From a virus (taxonomy: Duplodnaviria > Caudoviricetes): a stretch of 33,183 nucleotides of DNA. Where the stretch lies: positions 1 through 33,183 of the IMG/VR virus record IMGVR_UViG_3300017909_001720, one strand, 5' to 3'. Shown here piece by piece: positions 27,571 through 33,183 of the stretch (the stretch's first letter is position 1; the number at the start of each line of letters is the position of its first letter). The translations under genes and the position numbers were made by a program. Below the pieces are notes generated by a model that worked only from the letters and a program-made list of their open reading frames with translations, had not been told where the DNA came from and searched no databases.

Positions 27571-30395
27571 TATTCGTCTTTTATGTTTTTTATAACTGTT
27601 AGTTTTGAGACTGGCATAGTGACTTTTCTGTCGGTTTTCTTATGCTTACCATTATCAAGTATTGCATACACTTGCATAGTGGCCTCTCCGTCACTTACTG
27701 ATGTAACTATTCCGTGTACTGTTGAGGGTGGGTCTGGGTCCTTATTAATAGACCAACTAACAGATTGTCCTACTCTAACACTAGCTGCTTTCTCCCCACT
27801 TTTTTTAGATGAGAGTGGGTGAGAAGAAGGAAGCAAGTCTTGGTCGTAAGGCTTTCTCTTAAATCGTCCTGTACGCAATGCGTGTAAGAACCCATTTACT
27901 CTGGCTAATCCCCACTGGTCAGCTCCTGTTACATTACCTCGAACTGAGCCAGGGTTAGTCCTGTAAGCACCGACACCTCTTCTGAAAACTGCGGCCAAAG
28001 TTCTAGCGTTTGTTCTGTATTTTGGATTTTTAGCATTATGATTTTTAGCTTTCTCGGTAAGAATTTTTCTAATCCTTCCAGATACTGCTTTTAGTGCAAT
28101 ATCATCAGCCATTTCTTCTGCTAAGTCAGCAGCTGCTTTTCTCCTAGAACGAACAACTTTCTTTTGGTCGTTAATTATTTTTTTCATAGCAGATACACCT
28201 ATGTTAGAAACACCACCCCACTTAATATTGGCAATAGTACCATTAAGTCGGTTGTTACCTTGATGTCTACCCATGTAGCGTTCTCTTCTACGAACCCAGT
28301 TAAGAACTGATTCACTTCTGTCACCAGACTTATATTTAGTCCAATTTCTAAAGGCATCATTTCCTGTGAATGATGTAGGAGGGTTACCTCCGTTACCAGC
28401 TCTTCTCCAAATCTCAGGCCAATTTTCTTTTAGGTCTTTAGCGTACCCATATGGAAATTGCTTGTATTTTGAATTTGAGATTGATACTTGTTTATCATCT
28501 CCTGGACTTGGAAAATTTGTTCTATCTTTTTTTGGCTTTTCAGATTTCTTTGGCTTAATTGCTTCTTCGTATTCTTCGTGTGTTTTACATGGCATGAAAA
28601 CATTTTTACCATTTACTTTATGAGTATGAACACCAACAGCACAAGATAATTCTTTAGACCTATTCATAGCTTCACCTGGATTATCAAAAATATCTTTAGG
28701 GTTTGCAGCTTTGCTGTTTTCAGGTTCTATCTCAAATTGTGATTCCATAAGTACTTCTGCTTCTTCTAAACTTACTCCTAGTTCTTCAATACTATCATAA
28801 TCTTTTTTAGGTTTGCGTTTTAGATAAGCGTTAGCTTCTTTTTCCGTATCAAAACATTTAATAACTTTACCGTCATCATGACTAATTACACACCAAGCAC
28901 CATTAGGCATTTGAGCAACATACTTTTCCTCATTACGAGGTTCTTCGTTTTGTTGTATTCTTGGTTGTCTTGTAGATTCAACAGGATAGTTTCTACCATC
29001 CATAATATCTTTTACATTTACATCATCTCTATAACCAGCAGCTTCTGGTAATTTAGCAACTTGTGCAGCTTGACTCCTATTTTCTTGAGGTGTGTCATTT
29101 AAGATAGCTTGACCATCTGTATCTACTTGAATCATATTTAGTGGTCTTAAATAAACGTCATGTTTTTCATCAACATCTAATCCAACTACTTGTCTGGCTT
29201 CACCGATTGTTATCCAACCACCAGATACACCCATGTTTACTCTTTTGTAAAGTTCATCCATATCTGTTTGTAAAGCTCTTACATTTTGTATGTCATACAT
29301 ACATTCTAAATTTTGGTCTTTAAAATCTGGTATAAGTAATTGATGTGTCAATTCAGCTGCAACTGTTCTCCACATAGGTACAAGTTTTTGTTCAGTAAAA
29401 AATTCTCTTAATTCTTTTGTATTGTTGTAGGTGGCCGAATCCAATCCAGCTCCGAGTCCTGCGAGAATTGCTGGGACACCTAAAACTGCAGAAACTCTTT
29501 CTTCAGGTATTCGTCTTAGTTCTGCTAATTTCATTTGGTCAGGTGAGAAAGAAACAATATCAATATTCATTGCTCCTGATAAAACCATAGGAGCACCTCT
29601 ATTAGCACCACCAAATTTTTCTTTATACATTTGAGAAATAGATTCTGCCTCTTCCCTAGTTGGACCACCGAATCCATCATTTCTAGGTGTAAGTACCACG
29701 CCTGGCACAGCCATATTATTTAACAGTGCTGCTGTGAACTGACCAGCGGACTCGTCACCTAAGATTTCTCTTAGTACTGTTTTAAGAGGAGCATGTCCTC
29801 TACGGTGGTCATTAGGGTCTATTCCTTGTCGTATATGAACTATATCTTCAACGGGCAATTCTATTTTCTCGCCTTTACCATACAAGTAATAGTCATAATG
29901 AGTTATAAGTTGATTTTCATTACCTCTGACTTCTACTAAGTGTGGCATTAAAGGTACAAGCTCAACAACTTTACCTTGACCATTCCTGTTCTTATATAAG
30001 AATGCATCTCCCAAAGTATTTAAAGCTAAAACTATGTAGTGTGACAATAAGTTAGCAGACATAAATGGATTAGGTCTTGAATATAATTTAGTTAAAGGAT
30101 GTTCTGCTATTTTTTCGTTATCTAAAAACTTTGTATCTTTTTTAACAACATGTAGTTTTGGTTCTGAAAAAGATGTAGCTAATACATTTAAACAAGCTAC
30201 TACTGCGGAGTTACCAGAGCCATCACCGATTTCTTTTAATTTATCTGATTCCCAAAATCCTGATGATGTGTTGTAACCATAGATTGATGAATCATTACCA
30301 AATAATTGGTTGTAATTACTTTGAGTCTTTTCTTCTGTTGTTCGGCCTGGAATTATAAAATCCAAAGCCTTCTGGAATCTACTTTTTTCTTCCAT
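27570..30395 (-). CDS. HK97-family portal protein with ~500-aa multi-module C-terminal extension
   Basis: First ~425 aa carry AVVACLNVLA, L..RPNPFMS, IVHIR, NMAVPG.VL, LGVP..L.G and G.ITIGEAR. Directly follows the terminase gene. Confidence 0.92.
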   Translation of the reverse strand: MEEKSRFQKALDFIIPGRTTEEKTQSNYNQLFGNDSSIYGYNTSSGFWESDKLKEIGDGSGNSAVVACLNVLATSFSEPKLHVVKKDTKFLDNEKIAEHPLTKLYSRPNPFMSANLLSHYIVLALNTLGDAFLYKNRNGQGKVVELVPLMPHLVEVRGNENQLITHYDYYLYGKGEKIELPVEDIVHIRQGIDPNDHRRGHAPLKTVLREILGDESAGQFTAALLNNMAVPGVVLTPRNDGFGGPTREEAESISQMYKEKFGGANRGAPMVLSGAMNIDIVSFSPDQMKLAELRRIPEERVSAVLGVPAILAGLGAGLDSATYNNTKELREFFTEQKLVPMWRTVAAELTHQLLIPDFKDQNLECMYDIQNVRALQTDMDELYKRVNMGVSGGWITIGEARQVVGLDVDEKHDVYLRPLNMIQVDTDGQAILNDTPQENRSQAAQVAKLPEAAGYRDDVNVKDIMDGRNYPVESTRQPRIQQNEEPRNEEKYVAQMPNGAWCVISHDDGKVIKCFDTEKEANAYLKRKPKKDYDSIEELGVSLEEAEVLMESQFEIEPENSKAANPKDIFDNPGEAMNRSKELSCAVGVHTHKVNGKNVFMPCKTHEEYEEAIKPKKSEKPKKDRTNFPSPGDDKQVSISNSKYKQFPYGYAKDLKENWPEIWRRAGNGGNPPTSFTGNDAFRNWTKYKSGDRSESVLNWVRRRERYMGRHQGNNRLNGTIANIKWGGVSNIGVSAMKKIINDQKKVVRSRRKAAADLAEEMADDIALKAVSGRIRKILTEKAKNHNAKNPKYRTNARTLAAVFRRGVGAYRTNPGSVRGNVTGADQWGLARVNGFLHALRTGRFKRKPYDQDLLPSSHPLSSKKSGEKAASVRVGQSVSWSINKDPDPPSTVHGIVTSVSDGEATMQVYAILDNGKHKKTDRKVTMPVSKLTVIKNIKDE

Positions 30396-31613
30396 CTAAT
30401 ATGCTGTCCATTGTCGTCTAGTTTGTATTGACTGAGCTGCGAGACCCAGAGCATCGACTTGGTCGTCATGTGCTCCAACAGGGAAAGTCAATAATTCTCT
30501 CTCTAGTTCTGTAAGCCAAGGTGCATCTTTACGAAACATCACTTCGCCTGCCTCCATCCTAGCACTTAGTGGTAAAGCTTTGGTTATTTTATCTTTTTCT
30601 GCGCGCATTTCTTGTACACGTAATCCTGCTCTTTGTGCCTGTTGTATAAATGCTTTTGAAAATCCTTGATTCTCCATACATACATATCTCCAGTTATTTT
30701 TCTGAGCTTGTCTTTGCATAGCAGGAACAATGTCAGGACCTTCCATCTTTACTCTCACTAAATCTTCTAAGAAGAGTTGATTACTTGGTGTTCTTGCAAA
30801 AGACATTATTACTGTATAGTCAGAAGTTTTTTCTGTTGTTACAGCTACATCAACTGCACCAAAGTGTTCTAGGTCTCTTGGGTCCCATTGACCTCCACCA
30901 CCCATGTAATAACCATTTGCATTCACATCATAGTAAGAAACCCATTCTGGTTTAAATAGACCTTGACCTGCTTCAACAAACTCTGCCATGTACTCTTGTG
31001 CATAAACTATTGAACCCACTTCTGTTTTGGCAGCTTCAAGTTCTTCAGGGTCAATTGCAGGGTTATCTAAAGTAGTAAATCTAAATCTTTCCCAGCTTTC
31101 CATTTCTCCAGCAGTTTCCCATAAGTCATAAAACCAATTACCAATACCAAGTGGAGTACTAATAAATAAAGCAGAACCTTTTCTTTCAGTAAGAGTAGGA
31201 CGTAGAACTTCTTGCCATACTTCTGGTTTTACGAATGCTGCCTCATCAATAACAATAAAGTCTAAACCTTCACCTCTTAGACGTTGAGGATTGTCAGCAG
31301 ACTTACAAGCAATAAAACCACCATTAGGAAATAAGACTTCCATGTTAGCGATTGAAATCTTTGGTTCGATTTCTTTAGGAAAGGACATAGCTGCGCTTTC
31401 GAGCGCCCTCCAGCCAACCCTAGCAATAGAAAAAGTAGGAGCAACCCACCAAGCTCTACCTCCAGCCAATGCCGTCTGTATACAAAGTTGTACACCAAGT
31501 CTAGTCTTACCAAAACGGCGACCAGCACAAAGTATTTTCCAACGTGCATTACTGTCAGCAACTTTTTTCTGAGCTGGGTGAAGAGAAGGTAGTTCAGGTG
31601 CATATATAGGCAT
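30396..31613 (-). CDS. terL: Terminase large subunit
   Basis: Walker A AGRRFGKT, Walker B IVIDEAA, ISTP coupling motif, nuclease AVDVA and HDDQVDA. Confidence 0.96.
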   Translation of the reverse strand: MPIYAPELPSLHPAQKKVADSNARWKILCAGRRFGKTRLGVQLCIQTALAGGRAWWVAPTFSIARVGWRALESAAMSFPKEIEPKISIANMEVLFPNGGFIACKSADNPQRLRGEGLDFIVIDEAAFVKPEVWQEVLRPTLTERKGSALFISTPLGIGNWFYDLWETAGEMESWERFRFTTLDNPAIDPEELEAAKTEVGSIVYAQEYMAEFVEAGQGLFKPEWVSYYDVNANGYYMGGGGQWDPRDLEHFGAVDVAVTTEKTSDYTVIMSFARTPSNQLFLEDLVRVKMEGPDIVPAMQRQAQKNNWRYVCMENQGFSKAFIQQAQRAGLRVQEMRAEKDKITKALPLSARMEAGEVMFRKDAPWLTELERELLTFPVGAHDDQVDALGLAAQSIQTRRQWTAY

Positions 31614-31820
31614 TTATAAAAGTTCTTTAGATTTAACTCTTAATCTTTCTATAGATTGCTCTATACCAGTTTTAGCTTGATGCCATGACACATGATTTTG
31701 TGAATCTTGTAATTTATTAGGCTCTAATAATAATAAAGCAAAGTGGTCTGCTTCAAGTTTTTTTAATTGTGATTCCACAATAGATTTTTTATCTTCTTCA
31801 GTAATGTGTTCGTATTCCAT
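31614..31820 (-). CDS. Hypothetical helical protein
   Basis: 68 aa, AGGAG RBS, abuts the terminase start. Confidence 0.7.
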   Translation of the reverse strand: MEYEHITEEDKKSIVESQLKKLEADHFALLLLEPNKLQDSQNHVSWHQAKTGIEQSIERLRVKSKELL

Positions 31821-31826
31821 TATCTC

Positions 31827-32066
31827 CTACCATCTATATTTTTGCTTACGTGCTTTTTGTACTTGTGCCATAGACTTAGAACTCAATGTTGAAGGGTCTT
31901 GTACAAACTCTGCATCCATTGGTGTTTCAAACATAACATTCTTAGCAATCTGTCTTTTACAGATAAAACTACACTTAGGACACATAATCTCTGGGTCCTC
32001 ACTAATTTTATGCGTTATCTCATAAATTTGCTCACAAGACAAGCATTTATAATCATATCTGGGCAT
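31827..32066 (-). CDS. FmdB-family zinc-ribbon protein
   Basis: MP.Y.YKC..C...E...CPKC signature. Confidence 0.85.
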   Translation of the reverse strand: MPRYDYKCLSCEQIYEITHKISEDPEIMCPKCSFICKRQIAKNVMFETPMDAEFVQDPSTLSSKSMAQVQKARKQKYRW

Positions 32067-32449
32067 TAAACGTACCTTTTCAAATAAGCTCTTACAAACT
32101 TAGTGTACTCCCTTTTTGCTCCAGTTATTGTTTTACCATCAAAAATATCGTGGTGATATTTACAAAAGATAGCCACATTACCTTCATGGTTAGAAATATT
32201 TCTATTCTTACCTCCCATACCTATTCCAGTAATGTGTGCCATCTCCAGCCATTGTGTATCGTTGCATTCGGGCCACTCACAAGTGTAATTAGCGCGCTTC
32301 AAAGATTTTTCACGAAGTTCAGATTTATTTATCTTTCCTGTTCCTTCTCGTTTTTTCTGTCCCATACCAGAAACACCGTGAGACTTACTCCTTCTCTTTT
32401 TAAATTCTGCGTAAGTTTCGTTTTCTGCGTCCCACTCGACTCTAGCCAT
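32066..32449 (-). CDS. HNH-like endonuclease (possible terminase-associated)
   Basis: CEWPEC...LEMAHI...NV..FCKYHH pattern; close to the terminase gene. Confidence 0.7.
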   Translation of the reverse strand: MARVEWDAENETYAEFKKRRSKSHGVSGMGQKKREGTGKINKSELREKSLKRANYTCEWPECNDTQWLEMAHITGIGMGGKNRNISNHEGNVAIFCKYHHDIFDGKTITGAKREYTKFVRAYLKRYV

Positions 32450-32555
32450 TTGTTTCTCTTTTATCTAAAGAAAATAAACAACCATCACATATTGAGGTGA
32501 CATCTGTTTGAACAAGCTCATTTTTACAAACCCTGCAATGTTGTACTGTTACCAT
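32442..32555 (-). CDS. 37-aa zinc-ribbon micro-protein MVTVQHCRVCKNELVQTDVTSICDGCLFSLDKRETNG
   Basis: Two CxxC pairs, ATGGCTAG overlap with the HNH gene start, and TGC-TAATAT-N6-ATG upstream. Confidence 0.65.
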   Translation of the reverse strand: MVTVQHCRVCKNELVQTDVTSICDGCLFSLDKRETNG

Positions 32556-32561
32556 GTATAA

Positions 32562-32570
32562 ATATTAGCA
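32562..32570 (-). promoter_or_regulatory. Candidate leaderless promoter for the packaging operon
   Basis: TGC-TAATAT followed 6 nt later by ATG 32555. Confidence 0.55.
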
Positions 32571-32584
32571 GAAACTTATTTTGA

Positions 32585-32642
32585 ATACAGCTCTTCCTAA
32601 GAAGAGCCGATGATGGGAGGAGGTCGGTGTGGATGCCGACTT
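32585..32642 (-). ncRNA. Candidate small RNA: hairpin, CCUCCUCCC, hairpin
   Basis: GC-rich island in an AT-rich spacer. GTCGG/CCGAC stem, then CCTCCTCCCATCAT, then CGGCTCTTC-TTAG-GAAGAGCTG stem. Starts about 7 nt after a promoter-motif -10. Confidence 0.55.
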
Positions 32643-32648
32643 AACATA

Positions 32649-32682
32649 ACTTTAACATTTAAAAACATAAGGTGTGGTATTT
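32649..32682 (-). promoter_or_regulatory. Repeated promoter-like motif, copy upstream of the candidate sRNA
   Basis: AAATACCAC-N19-TAAAGT, with TGT before the hexamer. Confidence 0.7.
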
Positions 32683-32702
32683 AAGTGGTAATGTAATGAG
32701 CT

Positions 32703-32846
32703 ATGGATTATTTAGTAGGATTTATATTTGGTTATGTCTTTAAAGAAGTCGTTAGACTACTTCGCAAGCTAAGTGAGTGGGATTACGAAAATAGACAAGG
32801 ATACTACTTTGATATAGAACCTATGACAGAGGATGATTTACCCTAA
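32703..32846 (+). CDS. 47-aa protein MDYLVGFIFGYVFKEVVRLLRKLSEWDYENRQGYYFDIEPMTEDDLP
   Basis: Fills the spacer. Its stop overlaps the convergent whiB stop. TGG-TAATGT lies 8 nt before the ATG. Hydrophobic N-terminus. Confidence 0.62.
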   Translation: MDYLVGFIFGYVFKEVVRLLRKLSEWDYENRQGYYFDIEPMTEDDLP

Positions 32847-33118
32847 GTCTTTTTTTTTCGTTCTCTTCTAATAGCCCTGCGTTCTCTTTCTGATTTACCA
32901 CCCCAAATACCAAAACGTTCTTTTCTTTCGACTGCATATTCTAAGCATTCTTTTTGAACAGGACACTCTCTACAAATAGCCTTAGCAATAACTGTAGAAC
33001 CGCCTCGCTCTGGAAAGAAATCATCTTGATTTGGATGACCCTTACAACTAGCTCTGTTATACCAACTAGGAACAGACATCATATCGTTTAGGTCACTATG
33101 TAAGTCATATTTCTCCAT
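32843..33118 (-). CDS. whiB: WhiB-family Fe-S transcription factor
   Basis: W...A.C, FFP, AK.IC..CPV...CLEYA and GIWGG.SE.ER motifs with all four cysteines. Confidence 0.96.
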   Translation of the reverse strand: MEKYDLHSDLNDMMSVPSWYNRASCKGHPNQDDFFPERGGSTVIAKAICRECPVQKECLEYAVERKERFGIWGGKSERERRAIRRERKKKT

Positions 33119-33183
33119 AACTAGATTTAACTACAGGATGGCTAAGCAATACTAGGACTATTAATACAAAATAAAGGATATAT

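Noticed and set aside
797-32500. Many + strand ORFs of 60-215 aa in the track, and nested minus-strand ORFs 28430..28612 and 31277..31603
   Set aside because: They overlap well-supported genes and have shadow-frame composition with no recognisable motifs.
32615-32649. + strand GGGAGGAGG followed by GTG GAT GCC GAC TTA ACA TAA (6-aa mini-ORF)
   Set aside because: It is a possible alternative reading of the sRNA locus, but the repeated promoter points the other way and both SD and start sit in or beside a stem. Not fully excluded.
1-33183. Alternative genetic code or stop read-through
   Set aside because: TAA, TAG and TGA all end genes at sensible boundaries and coding density is near complete. 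The tail-tip junctions are out of frame, so read-through would not join them.
1-33183. CRISPR array, tRNA, integrase, reverse transcriptase/DGR, lysis genes
   Set aside because: None was recognised by eye. There is almost no intergenic space and no matching motifs, although tRNAscan and HMM searches were not run.

Overview
This is the packaging and morphogenesis region of an AT-rich (roughly one-third GC by eye) long-tailed dsDNA phage with an HK97-type head. Almost all genes lie on the minus strand. In transcription order (right to left): whiB, a small Zn-ribbon ORF, an HNH-like nuclease, an FmdB-like Zn ribbon, large terminase, a portal with a ~500-aa C-terminal extension, prohead protease, major capsid protein, four small ORFs, head-tail adaptor, an HTH/Zn-finger protein, head closure protein, a 1678-aa protein in the gp10/neck slot, tail terminator, major tail protein, a -1 frameshifted tail chaperone pair, a 2718-aa tape measure protein and three to four tail-tip genes. 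WhiB plus low GC suggests a low-GC actinobacterial host such as Ca. Actinomarina (inference). Five signals stand out. (1) Two consecutive tail-tip gene junctions share the layout TA-ACA-CCN-stop-N4-ATG and cut through continuous domains; a +1 shift would fuse all three ORFs. (2) A repeated promoter-like motif AAATACCAC-N19-(T/A)ANNNT occurs three times. (3) One copy points at a ~58-nt hairpin RNA carrying CCUCCUCCC that is complementary to start regions of virion genes. (4) Unannotated protamine-like micropeptides follow the capsid gene and share an xxMGGR motif with the tape measure C-terminus. (5) The portal, neck and tape measure proteins carry large cargo-like expansions. All domain names come from motif recognition by eye, not from database searches.
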